Assembly: GCA_964016885.1 (NCBI GenBank)
Contig: OZ024740.1
Coordinates: 151,218,001 to 151,282,000 of the forward strand
Direction of reading: 5' to 3'
Length of the DNA stretch: 64,000 nt
From: Eledone cirrhosa
Taxonomy: Eukaryota
The notes under the pieces are model-generated. The model made no database searches, had not been told where the DNA came from, and saw only the letters and a list, made by a program, of their open reading frames with translations. How positions within the stretch are numbered: position 1 is the first letter of the stretch; the number at the start of each line of letters is the position of its first letter. The translations under genes were made by a program, and so were the position numbers. This document shows positions 1-14,254 of the stretch, piece by piece.

Positions 1-839
1 TCTTACATTTGGATTCATCTCGAAAGGTCTTTTATCTAAGCGCTCATATATTCACCCAGCTTATGCTGACAGAATAACTATGTAGCTTGTTCCCTTCCTA
101 TCTACGGTTAGCTTTCCTCTATGTTGTTTACTTGTCTCACTCGCTTTACACGTTTTAATTGTCCTAATAACTTAATTTAGTTATTATTGCACCAACGTGA
201 GGTATATGATTTTTAATGCAATGGAATATCTCTGATCGTTGGCAAATCACTGATGAGGGACTCATTTTATAACATGTTATCCATGTGCAACCTGCAGTAT
301 TCTTCTCCCCATTTTTTCACATAAACTGCGATTCTGTTTTTCTCTCTCTCTCTCTCTTACTGCTCCCTCGTTCTCTCTGTTTCTTCTACTTTCTTTCGCC
401 CCCTCTGTCATGTCAGTTAACACTTTCTCTCTACTGACCTCTCCCTCACACTTCCACTCACTCACTCATTGTCTCTCCCCTTCTCACTTCACCCCGTTCG
501 CGACGAATACAATTTCCTTCTTTCTTACATTTGGATTCATCTCGAAAGGTCTTTTTTCTAAGCGCTCATATATTCACCCAGCTTATGCTGACAGAATAAC
601 TATGTAGCTTGTTCCCTTCCTATCTACGGTTAGGTTTCCTCTTTGTTGTTTACTTGTCTCACTCGCTTTACACGTTTTAATTGTCCTAATAACTTAATTT
701 AGTTATTATTGCACCAACGTGAGGTATATGATTTTTAATGCAATGAAATATCTATGATCGTTGGCAAATCACTGATGAGGGACTCATTTTATAACATGTT
801 ATCCATGTGCAACCTGCAGTATTCTTCTCCCCATTTTTT

Positions 840-844
<5 letters not shown>
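1..844. repeat. Direct tandem repeat, period 522 bp (1-322 repeated at 523-844), PLE pseudo-LTR/retrozyme-like with decayed hammerhead motif
   Basis: TCTTACATTTGGATTCATCTCGAAAGG starts at 1 and again at 523; near-identity runs to CCCCATTTTTTCACAT, then (TA)n. Each copy has CTGATGAGGGA...GCAAC-CTGCAG-TA (hammerhead-like, GAAA mutated). Confidence 0.9.
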
Positions 845-899
<55 letters not shown>

Positions 900-2113
900 C
901 ATCAAGTATGAAATTTATAGAAATTAGTAGGAAAAAGCAAATTTCTACAAAATTCGTACTTGACGATTCAATACATATATATTTATATATGTATATATAT
1001 ATGTATATATATATATGTGTGTGGGGTGCGGGTGGATGGGTGTATGTGTGTGTATGTGTGTGTGTGTGTCTGTGTGTGTGTGTGTCTGTGTGTGTGTGCA
1101 CGTGTGTGCACGTGTGTGCGTGTACGTGTGTGCGTGTGTGTGTGGGTGTGTCTGTGTGGGTGTGTGTGTGTGTAGGAATGTGTCTATAGCGAAATTGTCA
1201 AAAAGGAAAAAAACACTCTTTACATATAATAAAGTTTAACAATTCGTACACCAGATAATACAACAGATGCCAATAGTTTCACGAACTAATATTGTCTGCA
1301 GAACTGCAAGCGATAGCTATTAATTATATCTTCATAATATTTAGAGTGAGTATTAGGAAAGATTACGACGGAAATTAGCTCCAGCCGAAGATTAAAACTG
1401 AGCACATATTTAAAGCCAGTAAGCTAAGTGATTATATATTGCTGAGAGACACACGACACATCCATAGAATCAATATGAAAGAAACGGAGGATTAAAGGTG
1501 GTCCGCTTGCTCCTTGAGCGTCCTTGAACAAGACACTTTCTTTTACGTTGTTTCAGACAACTCATTTGGACTGAATGACTTCCATCTGTACTTCTGTACT
1601 TTAATGAACTAGCCATGTAAAGCTGATCTCCATGAGAACTACGTAGAGTGTACACGTTTATGGAAAATATATTAATTAACAGACATGTAACAATATATAT
1701 ATATATATATATTAATTTAATTTTTTTTTTATTTCATCCTATAAATCTAAACAAAAATTTAACGTTCCAATTTTCTGTTCACACATTATACCATGCAGAC
1801 GCCCACTATATATACCTCTGTTAAGATATAGGTTCTTTAGAATAACATTTTTCGCGGCAATTCCTAGCCTGATTGTAGGATGACATTAACGCTGACTATT
1901 CTTCTTTCTTTCTGTCTTTTTTTCTTTTTGACCGGGAGGTTAGTAGCACATTATATGCTTTCGCCCCCTCACCAGATAGCCCTAAGTAGACCGAATAGCC
2001 AGTACTTGAGGGCGACCGGCTAAAGTGGAAGATACTAGATGGTCGGTCGTCCTCGGGTCTATGATTTTCAGCCCCATGGATTTTATCTGTTACATTCATT
2101 TATTATATTTCGA

Positions 2114-2171
2114 ATACCTGATGATATCACCGGATTCATACGGAACCCAGTCATAGAAATGATCATAGTAT
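2114..2171 (+). ncRNA. Type I hammerhead ribozyme motif
   Basis: Stem I ATAC(2114-17)/GTAT(2168-71); CTGATGA 2118-24; long imperfect stem II TATCACCGG/CCAGTCATA; GAAA 2156-59; palindromic stem III A-TGATCA-T; AUA site; AATAAA immediately after (2172-77). Confidence 0.8.
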
Positions 2172-2215
2172 AATAAACCTTTCAAGGATTTACACAAGTC
2201 CAGCCTCCTGTTATT

Positions 2216-2316
<101 letters not shown>

Positions 2317-2359
2317 ATATATACTGTACCGATTGTGTTGTTATCTCTGTTTACCTTTT

Positions 2360-2429
<70 letters not shown>

Positions 2430-2482
2430 ATATATATATGTCTTACATAATATGTGTAAATATCTATTAATTTCTACATAAT

Positions 2483-2640
2483 AATTGTTTCTACTTTTGG
2501 CACAAGGTCAGCAATAACCCCAGTGTATTACTGATACTTTATTCTATCGACTCTGTAAGTATGACAGACAAAAACCTCAGATCATGAAGGGCCGTAACTC
2601 TATGCTGCAAAGCATGGCGTCCGAGCCTATAAAACTCTCC
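2483..2640 (-). mobile_element. tRNA-derived SINE family A, degraded copy
   Basis: ATTGTTTCTACTTTTGGCACAAGG...TTTATTCTATCGAC...AAAGCATGGCGTCCGA matches other copies in the window. Confidence 0.8.
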
Positions 2641-3016
2641 ACCCTCTTTTCTCCTTCTCTCACTCTTTCTGTCTCTCCATCTCTTTTTCTTTCTCTCGTT
2701 CTATCTACTGCCCCTCCCTCTTTCATGATAAATCAGGCTTCGTAATTTCAAATCAATTTACGCGGATTTTCGTAATTAAGTTCGTAATTAAAAAAATCCA
2801 AATCCGTCAATTTATATGATGGATTTAGCAGAGCTTATTTTTAGGGAAAGAAAGATCTAGAAGATTCTTTAAGTTACTATACTTTTCAAGAATGGTCTCT
2901 TTTGATCCGATGTACTTCTAAATGTTTTAGGAATGATCTTTTACGTTCCAAAAGAGTATAAAATCCTTTTAAAATATATAAACACACAATATTGTAAAAA
3001 AAAAAAAAATATATAT

Positions 3017-3581
3017 ATCAGTTGAAGTTCAGCCACATTGCCTTAAATTTTATAATGTCATTTTCATCAGTCATATAAAGTTAAGCAAATCGGAGTGGTA
3101 CAGTTTGCTAAAAAATACACAGAGCTGTTTGGTGTTTATTAAAATGTGGTGATATTAATAAGCAGAATAACACACTGAGCTCTAATTCTCCTAGCCCTCC
3201 ATCTTCAATGACATCTTAAATTAGTTATGCACATATTTGAAATAACTCGACAGAAAGCTGCTGCATGCAGGGATAATGAGTTTTCTGAGGATAGGGAAAA
3301 ACTGTTAGAGCGATTACGTTCACAATATGAAACCCACAGGAATTAGGTGTCCAAAGAGGAAAAAGAAAATCGTTTGAAGAATGCAAGAGAAGGAAAAGAT
3401 TTGACAAAAAGCAAAAGAACTAGAAGCAAAAAGCTGGTGCAAGTCTCTGCCACTCCTCAAAGGAGAAGCCTAAAAGGTAGGCTAAATAAATTTTATAAAC
3501 GAGTAGTATGTTTCTAGGGGACCTGGAAAAGATCGGCTTTCAACTATGATCTACAACACGATTATACTTCGCGCGCCTTTG

Positions 3582-3620
<39 letters not shown>

Positions 3621-4705
3621 TGAGTATGTGTTGGTTGTTTACCGACATTTCAGTATGCAGGTAGGAGCACTCAACGAAGTGCGCAGGTTCGTTTGTCTAC
3701 TCCAAAGTAATGTAAAATAATTGTTTCTACTTTTGGCACATGGCCAGCAATTATCCCAGTGTATTACTGGTACTTTATTTTATCGACCTCGTAAGGATGA
3801 AAGGCAAAGTTAACCTCGGCGGGATTTGAACTCAGACCATAAAGGACCGTAACTCTTTGCTGCAAAGCATGGCGTCCGACCCTCTACTGATACTGCCAAT
3901 CCACAGCCCTTAGAGTAATGTAAAATAATAAGTGTAAGTCAAACATGTTAAAGTTGGCTTCGTTTATTCCAATTCGCTGCTATACATATTTCAGTGACAG
4001 CCATTATTGGCTGTGACTTCATCAGGCAGTAATAATTGATACAGATAAAACAGGTAAACATGATGTTGTTATGGGTTCTACCTTGTTAATTCATCGATAC
4101 GTCCAGCTCATATCATAGACACAGGCGCGCGAAGAATAGTCGTGATGTGGATAATAGTTGAAAGCCGATCTTTTCCAGGTCCTCTAGAAACTCTTTTATC
4201 AAATTTAGTTAGCCTACTTTTTACGCTTCTCCTTTGAGGAGTGGCAAAGACATGAAGCAGCTTTTTGCTTCTGGTTCTTTTGTTTTTTGTCAAATCTTTC
4301 ATTGACCTATTGTCTCATTGGAGACTCTAGGAGCTTTTCCTTCTCTTGCATTCTTCAAACGATTTTCTTTTTCCTCTTTGGACACCTAATTCCTGTGGGT
4401 TTCATTTTGTGAACGTAATTGCTCTAACAGTTTTTCCCTATCCTCTGAAAACTCATTATCCCTGCATGCAGCAGCTTTCTGTCGAGTTATTTCAAATATG
4501 TGCATAACTAATTTAAGATGTCATTGAAGATGGAAAGCTATGAGAATTAGAGCTTATTAATATCACCACATTTTAATAAACACCAAACAGCTCAGTGTAT
4601 TTTTTAGCAAAGTGCATTTGTAGTTAGTATCACATCGCTTTCTTAACTTTATATGACTGATGAAAATGACTTTATAAAAGCTAAGGCAATGTGGCTGAAC
4701 TTCAA

Positions 4706-4710
<5 letters not shown>
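3017..4710. repeat. Long inverted repeat pair (3017-3583 vs 4117-4710), possibly the decayed 3' end of a PLE
   Basis: ATCAGTTGAAGTTCAGCCACATTGCC (3017) is the reverse complement of GGCAATGTGGCTGAACTTCAACTGAT (ends 4710); similarity continues ~570 bp; a SINE lies in the spacer. Confidence 0.9.
3722..3913 (-). mobile_element. tRNA-derived SINE family A, full copy with TSD
   Basis: Minus strand has A-box-like TGGCAGTATCAG and B-box GAGTTCAAATCC; core GCCTTTCATCCTTACGAGGTCGATAAAATAAAGTACCAG resembles the Meta-SINE core (from memory); TSD AGTAATGTAAAATAAT at 3706-3721 and 3914-3929. Confidence 0.9.
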
Positions 4711-4755
<45 letters not shown>

Positions 4756-4785
4756 TATATATTTTACAATTTTACAATATTGTGC

Positions 4786-5569
<784 letters not shown>

Positions 5570-5589
5570 CCCAAGTGATGTCATTGTAG

Positions 5590-6390
5590 ACCCAAGTGAT
5601 GTTATTTTGAGATGGAAGGAATATTTCAATGAGCATTTCAATAGGTCTTTTCAGATCAATTCCTATTTAGCTTATGTATGATGTACTAGCAATACGTCCT
5701 ACATTGGAGGAAGTGGAAGTGCCTGTAAAACAACTCAATAATGGAAGATTGCCAGAGGTAGATGGTGTTTGTGCTGAGGTACTGAAATATGGAAGCCGAA
5801 ACTTTCTTCGACTTCATACAAGCCTGATATATTTGGGAGGACAAAAGCGTTCCTTTAAAACTAGAAATAGGCATTAATGGTGATGCTTTATAAAGCAAAA
5901 CGTGCAAAGGATGATTATAGAAATCATCGTGGGATAGCCCTCTTGTTAATTGTGGAAAACGTCTTGTGTAAGACTATGTTGGACAGATTGTTTGATAACA
6001 TCAATGGCAAGGTTCCTCCTGTGTCGGTGTACGGCTTTAGAAGTGGCAAGAGGACAACTGACGTGATTAATCTGAGAGGCCATTACCGGGTAAGTGTATT
6101 GAACAGTGAATGGATTGAGCTAATGTTTTTGTTGACTTGACAAAGCATTTTCTTACGGTGAATAAGACTGAGGATTCTGAATAAGCACGGTTGTCACGAC
6201 AAGTTCCTATCAGATCTTAGAGGTGTTCATGATGGCATGCAAGGTTGTATCAATATAGGTGGTCATGCGTCGGATCCCGCTTTTATTGTAAATGGAGAAA
6301 AATAAGGGGATATACCAGCATCTACGCTATTTGTATTGTATTTCTCTATGGATTTCTTTATGGTAATTGAGGACAGCACACATTTGTGAG
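5590..6390 (+). pseudogene. RTE-clade LINE reverse transcriptase fragment (frameshifted)
   Basis: RWKEYFNEHFNR, PTLEEV...LNNGRLPEVDGVCAEVLKYG, YRNHRGIALL, YGFRSGKRTTD motifs across several frames. Confidence 0.85.
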
Positions 6391-6429
6391 AGGTGTTGGC
6401 GACTCTTGAAATTTATATGCAGCCAACAT

Positions 6430-6473
<44 letters not shown>

Positions 6474-6923
6474 GTATGTAGTTGATGACCGAGAGAAAAG
6501 AGTACTCAATACCGCAGCAGAGTTTAAATATTCATATTATTAAGGCTAAATAGTTCTTTTTGTTACACTGGAGTTTTGCTATCGATAACGCTGTGAAAAG
6601 TAGGTGAAGATCCAGAGTAACAAAACTGACTATTCAGCCTTGCTAAAATAAAATGAATATATAAATACACACACACACACACACACATATGTATGAATAT
6701 ATATATATATAAGAAGCAAAGAAAAATTCAATGATACGAAAGATTTCCTGGTGGAAGTTCAGGTGTACTCCGGGTTGGTATCCAGTTTCTGGGTGAAAAT
6801 CCAATTAGAAAATCAAAAGAATTTTAGAGATGTCAACATAAATGGACCTGTTATTTTTATCTAAAGTCATTTTTTCCAATTCCAACCCGCCCGTGCCCTC
6901 AATCTAATTTATTTCTCATTCTT

Positions 6924-6959
6924 TCTTCTGATGAAGGACTAGCGTTCGAAACGTCAAGA
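6924..6959 (+). ncRNA. Minimal type I hammerhead ribozyme motif (dimer-type)
   Basis: TCTT-CTGATGA-A-GGAC-TAGC-GTTC-GAAA-CG-TC-AAGA: stem I TCTT/AAGA, stem II GGAC/GTTC, palindromic ACGT in place of stem III, GUC site. Confidence 0.75.
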
Positions 6960-7020
6960 CCACTCAGCCACGCGCCTATATATACATGCATAAATATGCA
7001 TGTACATATATATATATATA

Positions 7021-7110
<90 letters not shown>

Positions 7111-7111
7111 G

Positions 7112-7155
<44 letters not shown>

Positions 7156-7159
<4 letters not shown>

Positions 7160-7975
7160 TGGCTGCCAACTCGTTTTCGAGTACGGCCACTACTTTATAT
7201 CCATGTAGGAGAACCCCTACCGATGCACTAAACAAGTGTGACATTTTAGTTCAGCCAGCGACTTGAAAACCCTGGTACAAACACTACACTTGTGACAATT
7301 ATTGACACATAGTGCTAGGCCCATGGCACCATGTGACGACAAATGCAGAGAGATCTCCAGATATAAAGCAATGCCTGTGCCGTGAAGCTTTTATAGTGAG
7401 CAAAGGTACTGCACAAAGCCAGTCCCACTCTCTTAACCCAAGATGATATTTACCAAAAAGAAGAACAAGTCAACATCATTGGATACCATCAGGGTTGCAG
7501 GTGTTATATCAGAGTTTTCCTTCTCCTAGAATTCGGCCTTGACAAAGGCTAAGGTGTCATCTCTCCCGGATATATATATACATACATACATACATACACA
7601 CATATATATATATATACATGGTGGCTGCCAACTTGTTTTCGAGTACGGCCACTACTTTATACCCATGTAGGAGAACCCCTACCGATGCGCTGAACGAGTG
7701 TGACTTTTTAGTCCAGCCAGCGACTTGAAAACTCTGGTACAAACACTACACTTGTGACAATTATTGACAAATAGTGCTGGGACCATTGTACCATGTAACG
7801 ACAAGTTCAGAGAGATCTCCAGATATAAAGCAATGCCTGTGCCGTGAAGCTTTTATAGTGAGCAAAGGCACTGCACAAAGCCAGTCCCACTCTCTTAACC
7901 AAGATGATATTTACCAAAAAGAAGAACAAGTCAACATCATTGGATACCATCAGGGTTGCAGGTGTTATATCAGGT
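7156..7975 (-). mobile_element. Two tandem copies (7156-7556, 7618-7975) of a non-autonomous RTE-related element (family X)
   Basis: Near-identical to 18058-18452 and 18638-18932 in opposite orientation; CTAGGAGAAGGAAAACTCTGA resembles RTE 5' UTRs; 3' stem-loop ACTCG-AAAA-CGAGT before an (AT)n tail. Confidence 0.75.
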
Positions 7976-8164
7976 GTTACATACACGATATATTTTCAAC
8001 CTTTGAATATATTGGCAAAGAGGTAATAGAGAGTCCTAATGAAGGGTAATTAACCCAGAAACATGTTGATTGTTCCTCGATGCCAGCGTTGAATAAACGG
8101 AAGACGATTAGTTATCGGCACGGCACAGTTTTACTCTGACGAATCGAATATTATTAGTTACTTC

Positions 8165-8292
8165 CCTTTATGATCTGAGTTCAAATCCCGTGGAGGTTAA
8201 CTTTGCCTTTCATCCTTACAGGGTCGATAAAATAAAGTACCAGTAATACACTGGGATAATTGCTGGCCTTGTGCCAAAAGTAGAAAATTATT
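8165..8292 (+). mobile_element. SINE family A, 5'-truncated
   Basis: GAGTTCAAATCCCG...GCCTTTCATCCTTACAGGGTCGATAAAATAAAGTACCAG...GTGCCAAAAGTAGAAA. Confidence 0.85.
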
Positions 8293-8455
8293 AATGTTCG
8301 ATATAACCCATGCGCACATATGTATATGTATATATATATGTGTGTGTGTGTGTGCATGTGTGTATTTATGTGTGTACGTATGCATACTTCACACACAAAC
8401 AAACACACACACGCACATACACACACACGCGCGTGCACACATACACACACGCGCG

Positions 8456-8527
<72 letters not shown>

Positions 8528-10403
8528 TGTGTGTGTGTGTGTGTGTGTAATTAAACTTCTATAAAGCTGCGGGTTGAAGCTAAGAATATAATGGTGTTAA
8601 GTGTGTTAAAATTATTCACACATTGTTAGTTTCTGTGTGGTTACGTTGTTCGTATGGGACAACGTTGGCGGGATAAACCACACCAGGGTGTCCAGTTCTG
8701 GACATTAATTGCCCTCTCACTCTCTCTCCACACACACACACACCACACACAAAAGATTGTGATGATGATCACTGCCGTCGCTATTTATGGTGATTGTTGT
8801 AGTGTTGCTATTGTTGACGGTGAGCTTTTGTAACCAAGGTAACACATTATGACATTAAATATATTCATTCAGATTAGAAGGTTAATAATACAAACAGCAG
8901 CAGCAGTCAAAGTCAACTTTCACCTCGAGAATATATATATCTCCCGATGGGGGTCTATGACCTATATAGCTCCCTCTTATCCTATTGGCCCCTATTTGAA
9001 TTGATTGGTTTAAATAAACCATTATTCTCTGTGTGTGCTTTTGTTGAAAAGAAACCTCGTGGTTGCCGGTCGGCCAGTCGTCTAAGACCACGAGAAATTA
9101 ATCGCTTAGAAGAAATAAACATTTATAAAAAAATAAATCCAGCCGTCAAAAAACTAAGCTTAAAGCACTTTCTCAAACGAAAGCTACTGTCCCTATACAA
9201 ATTTCTTAACCCCCGTCCCATCGCATCCACCTAAAACTATGAGATAGTATTAAGATTTCCCCTTCTTGACAAAAGGAAAGAAAATAGAAGGTGAATGGGG
9301 CAACGTTTAAAAAAAATATTCTACCCCTTTTATTTCTACATAATACCCACGGGTGGCAAATCCCACAGACAATACAAATGTGATACAGCTTCTTAGCATA
9401 ATACATACATACATGCATACATACTTACACATATATATATATAAAGAAAAACTGGATGCCTTATATTTTGCCTCCGTACCTATTGACCTCAGAACATGGA
9501 TGTCATTGATTATATGTGTATGTCGTCGTTGAATTTATACTGGAATACCAAATGAAGTAACATGAAGTTCATTAACAAAACAACAGCAAAATTCCTTCAG
9601 CGTGGACTATCTACGGGTCCGTAGACGTCAGAAATATCCCGGCAAATATAACTCGTATCACAGGCTACCTTCAATGTAAAAAGAAAAGAACGTATTGGTT
9701 GATATAGTGCCATATATACTATGCCTGGGAAAGAAGACGGGATAATCTTGCCAGGGACATCAGACTCAAATGCTAAGGAAATGTTAGAACATCATAAAGT
9801 TTGGTGGCGGGTGTCATGGCTGAGTTTGAGAAGCAGTTGTAATGGCTATTTTCCTTATTTTATGAGTGTTTTAACTCTTTTAACCATCGTTTACCATGGA
9901 AGCGCGTACACGTTTTAACACAAAATGTAAATTACATTGAGAACTACACAAAATAAGAATTAGAACTACATGAAATGTGGTCAACTACACGTTAAAATAA
10001 TCGCTGAAATACATATCGAAATATCCTAAAATGGCAAACTTCTTGTTAAGTGATGTAAATTCATGGGGTTTAAAGAACCTTTTTCCCTGTTACCACAAGG
10101 TAAAATAACAGAATTTGCGTCACTGAATTATATTATTATATTCTAAGCGATATTATTCATTGAGATGTATTGTATATTATAAGTTGCTACTCCTAAAATG
10201 AAGAGTTGATAGACGTTTTTAAATTGACTGCTATATCTAAAAGATTTTTCACGCCACTTTGTCTGTATTGTACAAACTTTTACCTTGTTAATTCTGTGCA
10301 TGCGTACATTATTGTGTACCATGCTGGTTTTATTTCTGGCATACGTGTGATCCGACAACAGATAAATAAATCTTGTCTCTCTTAGAGTATTGGAATAGAA
10401 AAT

Positions 10404-10506
10404 CCTTCTTCATTGATGAAGCAAGTTTCTGGCGGAAATTAACTATCTTAATTAATTGAGATGGCAAATTCTGTTATTTTAACTTGTGAAACTGCAGTAA
10501 GAGGGA
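10404..10506 (+). ncRNA. Decayed type I hammerhead motif with enlarged loop II
   Basis: TTGATGA (C3->T) 10413-19; stem II GCAAGTT/AACTTGT; GAAA 10488-91; palindromic CTGCAG; GUA site; weak stem I TCTTC/GAGGG. A diverged inverted partial copy lies at ~10030-10120. Confidence 0.55.
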
Positions 10507-10673
10507 AACATTCGTTAACCCCTATGGATGTAGATCGCTTGACAAGAATTGTGCCTCTGGGAAAATACGCATATAAGTTTCCTTTATTTTAAAGTGCTTT
10601 ACTGTAATCTTCCATTTGATCAATTCTGAGCATTATTTGAGTACAGCATTTGTATATATATATATATTTATTA

Positions 10674-10900
10674 AAGTATCGTCTTCCTGTCTTCCTTCGG
10701 TTGCAACGTTTTTCGAAATATTTACTTCTGCGTTCACAGATTGATTTTTTTTTAGTTTCAGAAGATCCCGTTAAGGGTGAAAGCAGCGATTCTTTACTTA
10801 AACTTTAATCTGTTATTTTAATAAATATTTGCTCTATATTTGATATATATTTATCCTTATCGAGCCCTCTTTGGATTTTAGTCTTCAAATTTATTATTAT

Positions 10901-10905
<5 letters not shown>
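10674..10905. repeat. Interspersed repeat, also at 23105-23330 (direct) and 22850-22960 (inverted)
   Basis: AAGTATCGTCTTCCTGTCTTCC...TTAGTTTCAGAAGATCCCGTTAAGGGTGAAAGC...AAATTTATTATTA shared; copies abut (TA)n. Confidence 0.85.
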
Positions 10906-10992
<87 letters not shown>

Positions 10993-11123
10993 TTAGGGAA
11001 ACAGAAAATTGCTTATTGTGATCCAGTTCGTGGTTAAGAAATTCAGTTTCATGGATGGTTTCAACGTACGGTTAGGGGTAACTCCACAAGTTTGTAAGAA
11101 TTCCGTTCAATCTTGGAGTATAA

Positions 11124-11399
11124 AGTATAAAAGAGAAAGCACGGGTAAGCATTAAGAGAAGGATTTTATCCAGGTATTTAAGACCGTTTCATTGGTAAGT
11201 CCAACCTTATATTGCTATACTGCAAATAGCAGCCACTCAATTATAATTGTTGTTCACAGTCCAAATTTTTAAAATAGTGTAATTAAGTGGCTGCTATTTG
11301 CAGCATAGCAATATAAGGTTGCACTTACCAATGAAACGGTCGTAAATACCTGGATAAAATCCTTCTCTTAATGCTTACCTGTGTTTTCTCTTTTATACT
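11124..11399. repeat. Fold-back hairpin, ~120-bp arms, ~30-nt spacer
   Basis: AGTATAAAAGAGAAAGCAC...GCAGCCACTCAATTATA pairs with TGTAATTAAGTGGCTGC...GTGTTTTCTCTTTTATACT with few mismatches. Confidence 0.92.
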
Positions 11400-11499
11400 A
11401 TATATATATATATATATATTGTTCGAAAGTCATCCTATTGCAGAACGTTAAACTCGCCTGCCATGTCATTCTATTTTTAATTACTTTGAACTAATTTAG

Positions 11500-11860
11500 C
11501 TTCCAGAGGTTGTCTCTCTAGATTTTCTTTGGCCAAAGTTGGTTATTAAGATGCTTGTTTCTTCTCACTATTTGTGTAAATTGAATTAATTCTTTGCTCA
11601 TAACTTTATGTTAGTACCCGTTATATTAATTGTTTTTCACACAGCAAGCATCTTTCTGTATATAGCACATAATAATACTTTTAAATTATAATTCTGCTAA
11701 TTATTCATTCACTTAAGTCTCATATGCATTTAGCTTGAAATGGGTAAATTGGATAAATCGTTATGGTAATCGTATTAAATGCCTCAGTGTTTGTTTCAAA
11801 TACTCTCGATATTAACTTTGGATTTTCTCCTTACTAGGTTAATAAATAAAGATTATTCCT
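11500..11860 (-). pseudogene. Possible heavily decayed PLE GIY-YIG C-terminal remnant
   Basis: Minus-strand YTERCLLCEKQLI then KELI...RNKHL resembles the PLE CxLCxxEK...NxxxEL...H tail; many stops. Confidence 0.35.
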
Positions 11861-12160
11861 TTACGCTTCTTCAATTTCTTTCTCTTCCGCTCTGGGAGAA
11901 ATCGGCTATGTTCATACCTGAAAAGAGATCAACTCCACCAGGTTAAATTTCACAAGACATGTCGTGTTAGATCGGTGCCACTATGGTTCCATCCTTTTCC
12001 TATTCAGTTTATCCCCGGTAGCCCTTGCCTTACATAGTCTCAGGTCCATCCTAGAGATCTTTCGCTTCTACCCCATCAATAGTTACTCTTTTAGTATAAC
12101 CTTTATGCTTATAGTTCCGTGTTTCTGGATTTTTTGCCTGCTTAAATAAGTGCGTTATCT

Positions 12161-12242
<82 letters not shown>

Positions 12243-13009
12243 TAGGCACACACCTACACATACATATGTATGTATGTATGCATATGTGCGAGTGTGGGCG
12301 TGTGTGTCTATGTGTACGCGCGAGTGTCTTTCTTCTGAATAGCTTTCAAATAAATCAATTGCACATGTTACATTTTATATTGTTAAAATAATTATATTTT
12401 CTAATATAGACATTACGCAATTTTGCGATGTGCGCGCGCGCGTAGTGTGAGTGTGTATATGTGTGTGTGGGGGGTGGGGGTGGGGGTGAGGAAAGTGATG
12501 TCAATTAAGTCAACTCTAGCATTTTACTGGTACATCATTTTATTACTTGCAATGACATATATTTCGTAGTTCTCTATGTTATCATAATCTATAATCTATA
12601 ATAAAGATGATGAAAAGAATTTTACTTGTAACAATCACACCTGTTCATTTTGTAAGGTAATGTAGTTCTAGAAGTATAGTATTATATCACCCAAATTGTT
12701 ACTGATTTTTAAGACAGTATGGAGTGATTTGAAATATATTTAACTCGTATAGCTGACTTTCTTATGGATCAACAAAAGAAGCTCTCGAAAATAAAAATAT
12801 GACAAAATAGCTACGACATTACAAAAAACACACATCAAAACCTGAGCCATCATAAATATACTGGATACGTTTGCAAAAAGCTATCTCCCTGGGTATAAAT
12901 CAACTAACCATGCAGTAGTAAAGTTGTCAAAATAGAAAGTAAGCACATCTCATAAGACATTTGCATGTAGAAATATCTAAAACTAAAAAACAGCATATAT
13001 CAGCGTATG

Positions 13010-13100
<91 letters not shown>

Positions 13101-13148
13101 TTATATATATACACATATATATATATATACATATGTATATATATATAC

Positions 13149-13183
<35 letters not shown>

Positions 13184-13217
13184 TGTGTGTGCGTGTTTAT
13201 ATGTCTAAATATATAAT

Positions 13218-13408
13218 TGTATCTACTTTTGGCACAAAGCCAGCAATAACCCAGTAGTGTATTACTGGTACTTTATTTTATCGACCCCGTAAGGATGAAA
13301 GACAAAGTTAACCTTGGCGGGATTTGAACTCAGAATGGCAAGGGCCGTAACTCTATGCGTCAAAGCATGGCGTCCGACCCTCTACCGATACTGCCAATCC
13401 CCTGCCCC
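13218..13408 (-). mobile_element. SINE family A, full copy with TSD
   Basis: Same core as 3722-3913; TSD TGTCTAAATATATAAT at 13202-13217 and 13409-13424. Confidence 0.9.
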
Positions 13409-14087
13409 TGTCTAAATATATAATGATAGAAAATGTATGATCTCCTAATCCTTAATGGTATCAGCCAAAAAATAGGAAATATAACAATACAAGATAAATA
13501 CTATTTGGAAGAAGAATAAGAATAAGTTTGTGTGTCGAACCAAATTCCTTGCTGTATTTATTGCAATTCTTTGCATTCCGTATTCAAGAGTCACTAGGTG
13601 AAGTTGGCTTTCATCCTTCTGAGGATGATACAAACCAGTCCTTGGTCAGGGATTAGCTGAAATGCTATAACGATGGACCTATTGCCTTCGGATATCTATT
13701 CAGACTCTTTGCTTTGTTAGGCCAAACCCCATCGGGACATTTTGTGTGGCAAATATAATCAGTCGTACAGTTTAGCACCACCACATGCTGCTTTTAGTAA
13801 GCATTCTGGCTTAGATCTGGCTTGAGGATCCTTTCATCGCTTAAGTCTTGAAGGCACAGAGAAGTGTTATGTTCGCAACCCTCATCTCATGACGAAACGA
13901 TAAAAATAATACACCTAAATAGGTGATATGGTGATGAAGTAGCAAAGTTCTTGGAACCTTGGATAGAATGCTTTGCATTACGTCGTCCGGCTCTCTTGCG
14001 CTCGGAGTTCAAATCCCTCTGATTTCAACTTTGCCTTTCATACTTTTGAGGTCGACAAAGTACCAGTTCAATACTTCCTCTCTCTCT

Positions 14088-14156
<69 letters not shown>

Positions 14157-14159
14157 CTC

Positions 14160-14190
<31 letters not shown>

Positions 14191-14254
14191 TTCTCTTTCT
14201 CTATCTCTGTTACTCCTCTCTCTTTCTCTCTCACTCGGAATCTCTCTTTCTTAC

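Noticed and set aside
250-300. Functional hammerhead in the 522-bp repeat (also ~772)
   Set aside because: GAAA reads GCAA and stem I does not pair; treated as decayed only.
1470-1655. Short minus-strand ORF as an exon; likewise 19474-19662 and 35799-36020
   Set aside because: No recognisable homology and no convincing pair of splice sites.
10755-10792. CAGAAGA-T-CCC-GTTAA-GGG-T-GAAA hammerhead-like motif (three copies)
   Set aside because: U4 is A in all copies; no NUH site or stem I.
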